A DNA stretch of 64,000 nucleotides, from positions 101,909 through 165,908 of the forward strand of contig CAVYWA010000011.1 in NCBI GenBank assembly GCA_963772165.1, read 5' to 3'. Below are positions 38,693-48,920 of this stretch, in pieces (within the stretch, counting starts at the first letter, position 1; each line of letters opens with the position of its first letter). The translations under genes were made by a program, and so were the position numbers. Source of the stretch: an uncultured Bacteroidota bacterium. GTDB lineage: Bacteria > Bacteroidota > Ignavibacteria > UBA10030 > UBA8401. A model generated the notes under the pieces. The model made no database searches. It was not told the DNA's origin and worked only from the letters and a program-made list of their open reading frames with translations.

Positions 38693-41600
38693 ATGCTCCG
38701 CAAAATTTCGAAAATATTGGCATACATCTGTCTTTCCGCTTTGGCGGTTCTGTTTGCGACGATGGGATTTACTCAGACGATATTGACATATGTCTGCCTT
38801 TCGGCATTGGTCGTTCTCTTTGCGGCGATGGGCTTTTCCCGGAAAACGCTGACGTATGTTTGTCTCTCCATAGTCGTCGTTCTGTTTGCGGCGATGGGCT
38901 TTTCTCAGACGACGCTTTTCAGGCAGACGCTTCGGGCGACGATCTATAAAATAGTGGATGCAAACCTTAATGCGTCGGTGTTTATCGGCGAAATCAAAGG
39001 AAATCTTTTCACCGGCATTTCTATTGACACAATCGCGATTTACGTCAACAACGCGCCGTTTCTTGAAGCAGGCAGGACTGTTGTTCGCTACGACCCGCTT
39101 CCCCTCTGGAATAAAAATATTGCGCTCGGAAGCATTGAAATTGAACACCCGTCCGTTTCGATTATCCGGTTTGCCGACGGAACGTGGAATGTCGACCGGC
39201 TCGCAAAAAAGAAATCGGAACCGGATTCTCTTCCGTCGCCGTGGGTTGTTGCGGTAAAAAACCTGCGTATCAACAACGGGCATTTTCGGTTGATCGACTC
39301 GACCGCTCAATCCAACCATGATCTCCCGGATTCAATCGCCGGGCGGACGTTCAATTTTTCCAACCTTGACATCGAAAAGCTCAATGTTGAACTCTCGGCG
39401 ACATTTTCGGAACAGCAGCAAAGTGCATCTATTAAAAATATTTCCTTCGTGACTTCCCGCGAGGGCTTTACCCTTACACATTTTTCCGGCGATCTCCGGC
39501 ATACGGCCGCGAACTCTGAAGTCAAAAACCTTCTCATTGTCACCCCCCGCTCACGCATTGAATTCTCGGCGAAAATCTCTTCCGTGGATGCGCTCAAAAT
39601 TCATGACATCGCAGCGCTCCAATTTACTCCGGTAGAGTGTTCCCTGTCGCCGAGCACTGTCGCCGCAGAAGACCTGCAGCGATTCCTGCCTTCGCTCAAT
39701 TTTCTTCGAGGCTCGGTTCAATTGGAATGCAGGACGGAAGGCGAATTTGGCAATCTGAAGGTGAAAAGACTCCATGCCGGCTTCAACCGTTCAATCATCA
39801 ATCTCGACGGGAGCGTCACCAATCTTCATCATCCTGACGACCTGACGTTAAACATTGAATCGAAAGGAACCACGATCCATCCTTCCGACGTTCCCCAGCT
39901 TCTCCCTTTTTTCCACATTCCGGACTTTGGAAATGCAGGGGAGCTCGGTCTCGACTTTCATTATGTCGGCAAGCCGCTTAATTTTCAGGTCACAGCGAAT
40001 GCTTCGATGGCAGCGGGAAACGTTTCGGTGAACGGAGGGTTGGACCTCACCGGCACAACAATGAGGTACAAGGCGGCGTTCGGCGGGACCGGAGTAAATC
40101 TCGGAAAAATCCTTTCGGCCCCGTCACTTCGTTCCAATCTGGATTTCTCCGGGACGATAGAGGGGGAAGGGACATCGATTGAAGAACTGAATTCTAAAGC
40201 TTCACTTATTATCGACTCATCATCGTTTAACGATATCCCCCTTTCCCATCTCCGGACAGAAATCATCGCTGCGGATAAAAAAATTTCGTGTTCCGCAAAA
40301 CTTCAATTTCCCAAAGGGGATGTCGCCCTGCAGTCGGCGTTGGAGTACAACTCCGCCGGGGCGCCTTCGTACTCATTCGACGGGACATTTTCTCATTTTG
40401 ATTTTGCGGCGATCTTTCATGATGATCATTATGCGTCGGACTGCTCCTTCTCGTTGAGTGCAAGCGGAAACGATTTTCTGCGTGAAGACATGAGCGGCAA
40501 CTTGCGTGTCGGGTTTTCAAATTCTCGGTTTGAAACATACACTTTTGACAGTGCCCGGGCGGAGCTCCACGTTGGCGTCGACTCTTCGGGAAGTAAAACG
40601 ATTGGTCTCGTCTCGCCAATCGCCGATGTATCGATGACGGGCAACTTTACGTATGCCGGCGTTATCGACATGTTGAAATCGCATATTGCGGGGTTTCGAC
40701 GGGCTTACTATAAACAGCGCGCTATCTTTGACTCTTCATTTGTCGATGCGGCGGGGAGTGTGAACGCCGATGAAGATACAACGGCCGGCAGCTCACCATC
40801 TCCACAAAATACTATTCAATATTCAGTCCATGTAAGGAATTTAGAACCGGTGGCTATCTTTTTTGGGATGAATATTTTTAATGCGGTCGGCGACATTGAA
40901 GGGTCGATCCACGGCAACGCTGATACACTTTCCGCTGAAGGCTCAGTCTCAATCATGTCGGCAAAATACTCGTTGAACAATGATGGCTACGTTGTTGTTG
41001 AAAAAGGGTTGGTGGAGTACAGTGTTCAGAATATGGCGCGCGACAACCTTCTTGCCGCTGCAAACAGCCCAACGGTGCAAATCCGCGCAAGCGGGGCCAA
41101 TGTTTTCACGGGTGAGTCCTATTTCCGGAACGCGTCGGTTGAGTTCAGCCTTCATGATCGGCATGCCGAATACTCGGTGCAATGCGAGGTTGACAGCACC
41201 ATCAAGCTCGGTATCGAAGGCCGGGCACATGTAACTCCCGATGAATACGAACTGACTTTTGATACGTTTTCTTTCAGTTATCAAGGGTACGAACTCGATA
41301 ATGCCCGGCAATTCTCGGCTCGATTGAGCGGATCCGGTATTTCCGTTGACTCGACGGCATTTATCCATCAGGATGAAAAGCTCATCTTCGGCGGCTCTAT
41401 CGGCTATGGCGGTGAGATTGCTGCCTTTGTCCGCCTGCAGGATTTCGCACTGTCAAATATTTACCATTTTGGCAAGTCTCAAAACTTCAAGTCAAACGCC
41501 ATCGCATTTGGCGGCACGGTGAACGCCAGCGGCCTGCTGAGAGGAACGATGCATGATCCGGTGCTCACCTGTGAACTTGGGATTACAGATTTTGCCTACC

Positions 41601-43372
41601 GCGGAGTGGCGTTTGGGTTTGTGAACAGCTCGATCCACTACGAAAACAAAGTTGCTGATTGCACTGTCCAACTTTCCAAAACACCCGAGTCGCATGATAA
41701 TTTTGAACTTCTTTGCAGCGGCTCCATTCCGATGGACCTTGCGTTTGCGTCTGTCGATAACCGCTTTTCTCTTGCCGGCATGGACATGTATGTGAAAGCG
41801 CAAAATTTTGATATCAGCGTCCTTGACCCTTTCATCGAACAGCTCGATGAAATGGAAGGGACGATGGAGGGTTCCATTCATTGTACCGGGTCGCTGGAAT
41901 CCCCGCTGTTCGATGGAGGCATGGAATTGCGGGATGCAAAGTTTTTGTTTCCGATGAACAATATGAAATACCGGGTCGACGGAAAGATTGATTTTCAGGG
42001 CAATAAGGTATCCTTCTCAACCTTCGTTGCGAAAAATTTGACTGAAAATTATTCTACCGGCAAAATCGATTTCAGCGGCTACATTACGCTTCGCGGGTTC
42101 GTTCCGGATGAATATCATTTACGGGCAAAGGGCGAATTAAAAGTACTTCAGGAAGCGTCGCGAAAAAACGACCAGGGAGTCTACGGGGATTTGATTGCTT
42201 CCACGGGAGACGAGGGGCTGTCGTTTGATGGAACTGCCGCCAGCTCGCGCGTGACGGGAGCCATGTATATCAAACAGGCCTCGCTCACATTCCCGTCGAC
42301 ACGCGAATCGGCAAATCTTGTTTCGGCACGGTATGTTAATGTCGTCAGTGTCGACGATACTTCAAAGGCAGTTCCGGACTCTCTTCTCGGCTCGCGCCTT
42401 TTTGCTTTTTTAGGTTCGAAGAAAGAAGCGCGAACTTCGAACGATCCTTCGTTTCTGGACGGACTCGGATACAATTTAACGATCCAGACACAGGGAATCG
42501 TGCAAATACGGATGATCTTCAATGCGGCCACGAATGAAGAGTTGTTTGCAGATTTGAATGGAAAGCTGGAATTGAGTAAAGAGAAGAACGATGTTCGGCT
42601 CACGGGAACGATCAACGTATCGGATAAATCTAATTACAAATTCTATAAACAATTCGATGCATCGGGTACATTGAAGTTCACGGGGAAACCCGATAATCCG
42701 GAATTGGATATTACCGCCTCCTACACCGGAAGCCACTTGAAGCCGGAAACGGCAGGGCAGAAGGAAACAACGGTTCCGGCAACAGAAAAAGTTGTGGTTT
42801 CGCTCGCAATCAGCGGCACGCGGTACGACCCAAAGATAAAAATCGGCCTCTCGACTTTTGACGACAACAACAATGAAACAGTGCGTACCGGCGACGTCGA
42901 ATCCGACGCTATTTCATTTCTTCTGACATCGACGCCGGGGAGCCCGGGAAAGTTCCGCGACGATTTGACTTCAAACGATAAACAAGGCATCGCAAGTTCG
43001 CTGGGAGGGTCAATCGGTGGATCATTAGTCTCCGGTTTCACCAACACACTTCTTTCGGGAATGATGCAGGATTTTTTACGTGCGAATAACTTTACCGCAC
43101 TGAGCAATGTCGAGATTCTCTATTCGGGCACATCGCCGGACTTGCGTTTGAGCGGCGTTGTCGGCAATGCGTACTGGACATTTGGAGGAAAAGTATTCAA
43201 CGATATCAACAACGCCAACGTCAGCGTGCAATGGTCGCTTGGTTCAATCATTCAGGACGATAACCTGCGTAATTTTATGTTCGAAGTCGATCGGAAAAGC
43301 GACCCGATGGAAACAATTGATTTACGCCGCCCGACAAACGGCGCACGCGTATACTATAAATTTGCTTTTTAG
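38693..43372 (+). CDS. TamB/AsmA-like giant envelope protein (translocation and assembly module subunit B-like), 1559 aa
   Basis: N-terminal membrane anchor(s) followed by a very long predicted beta-rich periplasm-spanning domain. The gene sits immediately after the LPS-heptose genes. Confidence 0.6.
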   Translation: MLRKISKILAYICLSALAVLFATMGFTQTILTYVCLSALVVLFAAMGFSRKTLTYVCLSIVVVLFAAMGFSQTTLFRQTLRATIYKIVDANLNASVFIGEIKGNLFTGISIDTIAIYVNNAPFLEAGRTVVRYDPLPLWNKNIALGSIEIEHPSVSIIRFADGTWNVDRLAKKKSEPDSLPSPWVVAVKNLRINNGHFRLIDSTAQSNHDLPDSIAGRTFNFSNLDIEKLNVELSATFSEQQQSASIKNISFVTSREGFTLTHFSGDLRHTAANSEVKNLLIVTPRSRIEFSAKISSVDALKIHDIAALQFTPVECSLSPSTVAAEDLQRFLPSLNFLRGSVQLECRTEGEFGNLKVKRLHAGFNRSIINLDGSVTNLHHPDDLTLNIESKGTTIHPSDVPQLLPFFHIPDFGNAGELGLDFHYVGKPLNFQVTANASMAAGNVSVNGGLDLTGTTMRYKAAFGGTGVNLGKILSAPSLRSNLDFSGTIEGEGTSIEELNSKASLIIDSSSFNDIPLSHLRTEIIAADKKISCSAKLQFPKGDVALQSALEYNSAGAPSYSFDGTFSHFDFAAIFHDDHYASDCSFSLSASGNDFLREDMSGNLRVGFSNSRFETYTFDSARAELHVGVDSSGSKTIGLVSPIADVSMTGNFTYAGVIDMLKSHIAGFRRAYYKQRAIFDSSFVDAAGSVNADEDTTAGSSPSPQNTIQYSVHVRNLEPVAIFFGMNIFNAVGDIEGSIHGNADTLSAEGSVSIMSAKYSLNNDGYVVVEKGLVEYSVQNMARDNLLAAANSPTVQIRASGANVFTGESYFRNASVEFSLHDRHAEYSVQCEVDSTIKLGIEGRAHVTPDEYELTFDTFSFSYQGYELDNARQFSARLSGSGISVDSTAFIHQDEKLIFGGSIGYGGEIAAFVRLQDFALSNIYHFGKSQNFKSNAIAFGGTVNASGLLRGTMHDPVLTCELGITDFAYRGVAFGFVNSSIHYENKVADCTVQLSKTPESHDNFELLCSGSIPMDLAFASVDNRFSLAGMDMYVKAQNFDISVLDPFIEQLDEMEGTMEGSIHCTGSLESPLFDGGMELRDAKFLFPMNNMKYRVDGKIDFQGNKVSFSTFVAKNLTENYSTGKIDFSGYITLRGFVPDEYHLRAKGELKVLQEASRKNDQGVYGDLIASTGDEGLSFDGTAASSRVTGAMYIKQASLTFPSTRESANLVSARYVNVVSVDDTSKAVPDSLLGSRLFAFLGSKKEARTSNDPSFLDGLGYNLTIQTQGIVQIRMIFNAATNEELFADLNGKLELSKEKNDVRLTGTINVSDKSNYKFYKQFDASGTLKFTGKPDNPELDITASYTGSHLKPETAGQKETTVPATEKVVVSLAISGTRYDPKIKIGLSTFDDNNNETVRTGDVESDAISFLLTSTPGSPGKFRDDLTSNDKQGIASSLGGSIGGSLVSGFTNTLLSGMMQDFLRANNFTALSNVEILYSGTSPDLRLSGVVGNAYWTFGGKVFNDINNANVSVQWSLGSIIQDDNLRNFMFEVDRKSDPMETIDLRRPTNGARVYYKFAF
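38723..38920 (+). repeat. 66-bp imperfect tandem repeat x3 inside the 5' end of the TamB-like gene (three consecutive TM-anchor copies)
   Basis: Encodes YICLSALAVLFATMGFTQTILT / YVCLSALVVLFAAMGFSRKTLT / YVCLSIVVVLFAAMGFSQTTLF. Confidence 0.75.
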
Positions 43373-43393
43373 CCCAAGGGGATAGAGGGAATC

Positions 43394-45565
43394 ATGAAAA
43401 ATAATTTAGAACAGCGCGTCGTCGATTTTTTTGACGCACATCCGCGCGAGGCGTTCAAATCGCGCCAGGTGGCACGGCGGTTAAGCATACGGGATGAAAA
43501 AGAATTCCAGGCGTTGAGGGAAGTGCTTCATACCATGGTGGATCGGAAAGTTTTATCTCATGCCAGGGGCAAGGGGTATTCTCGCAAATCGCTGGAGAAG
43601 GGGATGAAGGGTATACTTTCGATGAGCAAACAGGGCTACGGGTACGTCACCGTTCCGGGCTCGGAATTCGGGGATGTATACATCGGTCCGAAATCACTCG
43701 GTACGGCTCTCGATGGTGATACGGTTGAAGTGACGCCGTTTGCTTCCCACCGCCAAAACAAGGGAGGTGAAAAGGGGACCGAAGGTGAAATTGTCGGGGT
43801 CGTGTCGCGCGCTCATGATGAATTTGTCGGAACGCTTGCACAAAGCAAGAATTTCTTTTTTGTCGTCATTGATGACCGAAAGATTCCGCGTGATATCTAT
43901 GTACCGCACGAAGCGCTGAACGGGGCGCAGCCCGGGGATAAAGTCGTCGTTGCGTTTGAATCGTGGGACAATGAGCTGCTGAACCCGGAAGGGAAAATTA
44001 TTGAAATTATCGGTCGCTCGGGCGACTCGAGTGCGGAGGTCGCATCGGTCATTAAAGCGTTCCGTCTCCCGACATCGTTCCCGCGCGACGTCGAATCCTA
44101 CGTCAAAAACATTCCCGAAACAATTTCTCCGGAAGAAATCAAGCTCCGGCGGGACCTGCGCCCGCTCCCCTGCGTGACCATCGATCCCGATGACGCGAAG
44201 GACTTTGACGATGCTGTCTCACTCGAGATGCTTGACGGCACGACATTCAGGCTTGGAGTTCATATCGCCGATGTGAGCGCGTACGTCAAAGAAGGAACGG
44301 TGCTCGACACCGAGGCGTTCAACAGGGGAACCAGTGTTTATCTCGCGAATCAAGTTGTGCCGATGCTGCCGGAGAAACTTTCCAACGACCTCTGCAGCCT
44401 TAAACCCAACGTCGACCGGCTTGCCTATTCCTGCATCATGGATATCACGGAAAAAGGGAAGATTAAAAATTATGAAATTGTTCGGAGCGTCATCAACTCA
44501 AAACGGCGGTTCACCTATGAGGAAGTGGAGCGTGTTCTCGACACAGGAAAAGGCGATCACGCGGAGTCATTGGCGAAGCTCTGGTCGCTCGCACGTCTCC
44601 TGAAAGAGAAACGGATGAAAAACGGAAGCATCGATTTCGATTCACCCGAAGCCAAGTTCCGGTACGACGAACACGGCAAGCCGGTAGAAGTCCGGATCAA
44701 AAATCGATTGAAAAGCCATCAATTGGTGGAAGAATGTATGCTGCTCGCTAATCAAACGGTCGCTTCGCACATCGGCAAACAAAAAAAGGAAGTTGATGTT
44801 CAGCCGTTCGTCTACCGCATTCATGATTCTCCGGACAGCGAAAAAATACGGGAATTATCGATTTTTGTTGAAAAGTTTGGTTACAAATTAAACGTTAGTG
44901 CTTCTGTTTCGTCAAAAGATTTGCAGAAACTGCTGAACGAAGTGAAAGGCACCCCGGAAGAAAATGTCATCAACACAGTTTCGCTCCGTGCAATGGCAAA
45001 AGCGGTTTACTCGGAAAAAAATATCGGACACTTCGGCCTGGCGTTCGACTATTACACGCATTTCACATCCCCTATCCGCCGTTACCCTGACCTGGTCGTG
45101 CACAGAATGCTTGATGAATATGCGAAAGGGATGTCTCATGCGCGCCGGAAACATTTCATCGATGTGCTTCCGCATGTCTGCAAATGGTCCTCTGACCGGG
45201 AACGGGTTGCTATGGAAGCCGAACGCGCCTCGGTGAAGGTGATGCAGGCAGAGTATATGAAACAGCACCTCGGCGACGAATTCGCCGGAGTGATTTCGGG
45301 CGTAACAAACTACGGGATGTATGTTGAGATCAATGATTTGCTCGTCGAGGGAATGATTCATGTCCGCAACATCGGAGATGATTATTACGAGCATGATGAA
45401 AAGCACTATTCACTCGTTGGCAGACGCACCGGGCGGACGTTCCGTCTCGGGGACAGTATTGCCGTGAAAGTGATAAAGGTGAATGTTGAGAACAGAGAAA
45501 TTGATTTCGCATGCATAGAGCCGGAGCCGCCATCACAGGCGAAAAAGAGGCGGAAGAATAGGTAG
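43394..45565 (+). CDS. rnr: ribonuclease R
   Basis: Cold-shock/OB N-region, RNB catalytic domain (DFDDAVS...GTSVYL), C-terminal S1 domain, basic tail. 723 aa. Confidence 0.9.
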   Translation: MKNNLEQRVVDFFDAHPREAFKSRQVARRLSIRDEKEFQALREVLHTMVDRKVLSHARGKGYSRKSLEKGMKGILSMSKQGYGYVTVPGSEFGDVYIGPKSLGTALDGDTVEVTPFASHRQNKGGEKGTEGEIVGVVSRAHDEFVGTLAQSKNFFFVVIDDRKIPRDIYVPHEALNGAQPGDKVVVAFESWDNELLNPEGKIIEIIGRSGDSSAEVASVIKAFRLPTSFPRDVESYVKNIPETISPEEIKLRRDLRPLPCVTIDPDDAKDFDDAVSLEMLDGTTFRLGVHIADVSAYVKEGTVLDTEAFNRGTSVYLANQVVPMLPEKLSNDLCSLKPNVDRLAYSCIMDITEKGKIKNYEIVRSVINSKRRFTYEEVERVLDTGKGDHAESLAKLWSLARLLKEKRMKNGSIDFDSPEAKFRYDEHGKPVEVRIKNRLKSHQLVEECMLLANQTVASHIGKQKKEVDVQPFVYRIHDSPDSEKIRELSIFVEKFGYKLNVSASVSSKDLQKLLNEVKGTPEENVINTVSLRAMAKAVYSEKNIGHFGLAFDYYTHFTSPIRRYPDLVVHRMLDEYAKGMSHARRKHFIDVLPHVCKWSSDRERVAMEAERASVKVMQAEYMKQHLGDEFAGVISGVTNYGMYVEINDLLVEGMIHVRNIGDDYYEHDEKHYSLVGRRTGRTFRLGDSIAVKVIKVNVENREIDFACIEPEPPSQAKKRRKNR

Positions 45566-45657
45566 GAATTTTCTTTCGGCGTGCTTCGTTGTAATAAGTG
45601 ATACAGAGCGTTTATTGTAAGAGCAAAATAGCTTTCCCCATACTCATTGAGGATTCC

Positions 45658-48600
45658 ATGAGAATGCGCCTTTTGATGATCGGGTTTTTATTGACTGCCG
45701 GAGTGTTCTCCTCGGTAGCCCAGGAGGCTGTTTTCGGCAAGAACAAAGTGAAGTACAAAAAATTTGAGTGGTGGTACATTCAAACAAACCATTTCGACAT
45801 TTATTTCAGCGACAACGGAGAATACCTTGCGAACTTTACCGCAGCCGCCGCTGAATCCGCCTACACCCTTATCAGCAAAAGTTTCCGCTACGAGATCAAT
45901 AATCGTATTCCGATTATGGTCTACAACTCGCACAACGATTTTCAGCAGACGAATGTTTTATCGGAATACATGGAAGAAGGAATCGGCGGTGTCACGGAAC
46001 TCTTCAAGAACAGAATGGTGGTCCCGTTCGAGGGTAATTACAAGATGTTCCGTCATGTCATTCACCATGAACTCGTCCACGCCGTTTTCAACGATATGTT
46101 CTACGGCGGTTCGATACAATCCATCATCTCCAATAACATCCGCCTCCAGCTGCCGATGTGGTTCAACGAAGGGATGGCGGAGTATCAATCGCTGCATTGG
46201 GATACAAACTCGGACATGTTCATGCGTGATGCGACGATTCATACCTATCTTCCCCCCATCGACTATCTCAGCGGTTACTTTGCCTATCGCGGGGGCCAAT
46301 CGGTTTGGTATTATATTGCAAATAAGTACGGCGATCAGAAAATTTCAGAAATTTTGAATCGGATCAAGGGGTCGCGCAGCATAGAGCAGGGATTTAAAAA
46401 TGCCCTCGGATTGAGCATCTCTGAATTAAACGAGCGATGGCAGAAAGAGCAGAAAGTGCTGTACTGGCCCGACATTGCGAAGCGTGAAGACCCGGCGGAT
46501 TTTGCGACGCGCCTCACGAACCACGTGAAAGAATCTGATTTTTATAATACCAGCCCATCGATTTCCCCTCAGGGCGACAAAGTCGCATTTATTTCCGACC
46601 GCGATGATTATTTCGACGTGTATATCATGTCCACGATCGACAATAAAATAACGAAGATCGTCGACGGACAGCGGACCAAAAATTTTGAAGAACTGCACCT
46701 GCTGACGCCGGGCATTACCTGGTCTCCCGACGGAAAGAAGATCGCCCTGGCCGTGAAGAGCGGGGAGAGCGATGCAATATTTATTGTTGATGCCGTCACC
46801 GGTGACCAGGAGAAAATTCAATTTCAACTGGAAGGGATCTTTTCCGTCGACTGGTCGCCCAAAGGGGACAAGCTCGCGTTTGTCGGAGACGACGCGAAAC
46901 AGTCGGATATTTATCTCTATGACTTGAAAACGAAAAACCTGACGAATCTCACCGACGATATTTTTTCAGATTCCGACCCGCACTGGGCACCCGATGGAAA
47001 GACGATCTACTTTGTTTCGGACAGGAAAGACAATCTCGACCGTAATGCCGTCTCCCCGAATTTCAAAATGGCAAAGTATGATTTTTCCGAATCGGATATT
47101 TATTCGTTGAACGTTGAGACTTTGGAGATGAAGCGTATCGTTGATTATGACGGCAGCGATGCAACATCGCCGGTGCATATCGCCGGACGGGAAAAAAATG
47201 CTCTACGTCTCCGACCGGAACGGCATCGGGAATATTTATGAGCGCAATCTTGTTACCGGCGCGGACCGCCCCATTACCAATTCGCATTACCGGAGTGTTC
47301 CAGCTCTCATTGTCGGCGGATGGAAACAAACTTTCGTTTGCGGCGCTGAATGAAGCGGGCTTCGACATCTATCTTATGAAAGCGCCCTTCGACAAAAAAT
47401 TAGCGGTGTCCGAACTTGAGCCGACGGAATACTTAAAACGCAGAATGCGATTGGCGCAGAAAACGACCACGGCGCCCGGCGTCCAGGGAACAAAGGACTC
47501 GTCGAGTGTGGCGGCTAACGTTCCCGCAAAAGACACGGCGGGTGTCTACGGCGATCGTGTGCACATCGATTTTCAAAACTATGTTTTCTCTGATGAACAG
47601 CCCAAAGAGAAACCGCCGTCCCCCGAGGCGGAAACCGTGGGAAAACAAATAGAACCGAGCGACAATGTCGACGAACAGGGCAACTATAAAGTCAACAAGT
47701 ACAAGCTCAATTTTTCGCCCGATATCATTTACGGCAACGCCGGCTACAGTACCTTCTACGGAGTGGAAGGAACGACAGAAATGGCGTTCAGCGACATGCT
47801 CGGAAACCATCAAATCTATTTTCTCACGAACTTGATGCTGGATTTGGAGAACAGCGACTATGTCATGGCGTACAATTATTTGGCGACGAAAATTGACTAT
47901 GGGATTGAAGGATTTCACAGCGCGCGGTTTTTGTACCTGTACGACCAGACGGGCAATGTTTCGTTGTATCGTTTTCAAACATGGGGCATCGGATTGTCGG
48001 CGTCGTATCCGCTGGATAGATTCAATCGGTTCGATTTCAGTCTGGCCTGGCTGAACCTTTCCAGGCAAAATCTCGACGACCCGACATTGGATGAACCTAC
48101 GGACGAACGAAACCTCGTGATGCCTTCGATAAGTTATATCCACGACACATCGCTGTGGGGTATCACTGCCCCGAACAACGGGACGCGCTATAATTTTACC
48201 GTTATGTTCAGCCCTGCGCTTACCGCAGGCGACCATTCCCTTGATTTTCAGACCTATACGCTCGATTATCGAACGTATGAAAAATTCTGGAGGGACTATT
48301 CGTTCGTCATTCGCTGGGCGGGGGGCGTGAGTGAGGGCAGAAATGCACAAAGATTTTTTATCGGCGGGACGGACGGATGGATTAACCGTGAATTTGCCAA
48401 CGGTGGAATCCCGATTAACAATGTTGAGGACTACGCCTTCTTATCGCCTGCGCTTCCGATGCGCGGCTTTGACTACAACGACAAGAACGGCACAAAGTAC
48501 GCATTGATGAACTACGAACTGCGTTTTCCGCTCATCCGCTATCTTGTGACCGGCGGCTTGCCCATTGCGGCCCAAAATATTACGGGCGCGATGTTTGTCG

Positions 48601-48815
48601 ATATCGGTTCGTCGTGGACGGAGGACAAAGCGTATAGGTTCTTTACAAAGGACGATGATGGTAACTATACGGCAGAAGATTTGCTCATGGGGACGGGGTT
48701 TGGCGTGCGGATAATTTTGTTCGGGTTACCGCTAAAATTTGATGTGGCATGGGCATATAATGGGGAAGCTTTTTCTATCCCCGTATACTATATTTCGCTT
48801 GGGGGGGATTTCTAG
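45658..48815 (+). CDS. large outer-membrane protein: signal peptide + HExxH domain + PD40/TolB-like beta-propeller repeats + C-terminal Omp85/BamA-like beta-barrel; interrupted by two +1 frameshifts (about 47175 and 47285)
   Basis: HHELVH motif. Repeated SPDG/APDG/SPKGD-K--A(F)-SDR propeller units. The C-terminus carries MRGF...ELRFPL...GAMFVDIGSSW...GFGVRIILFGLPLKFDVAWAY... and ends with F. The three ORF pieces (45598-47241, 47141-47353, 47238-48815) are contiguous in sequence. Confidence 0.65.
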
Positions 48816-48842
48816 GGCTGGAATCGTGTGATAGAAATCAGA

Positions 48843-48876
48843 AGGGCGATGAAGATTCCATCGCCCTTTTCGTTTT
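48843..48876 (+). terminator. rho-independent terminator between convergent genes
   Basis: agggcgatg - aagattc - catcgccct 9-bp perfect stem followed by TTTTCGTTTT. Confidence 0.7.
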
Positions 48877-48920
48877 CAATCCCCGGATGTCCGATACTTT
48901 GAATGCGTCGGACAATTTTT

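Noticed and set aside
38228-39319. 363-aa ORF on the minus strand
   Set aside because: Antisense to the heptose adenylyltransferase and TamB-like genes. Arginine-rich, low-complexity translation typical of shadow ORFs.
47141-47353. 70-aa ORF as an independent gene
   Set aside because: It is the middle segment of the frameshifted TolB/Omp85 fusion gene. It continues the PD40 repeat (ISPDGKKMLYVSDRNG).
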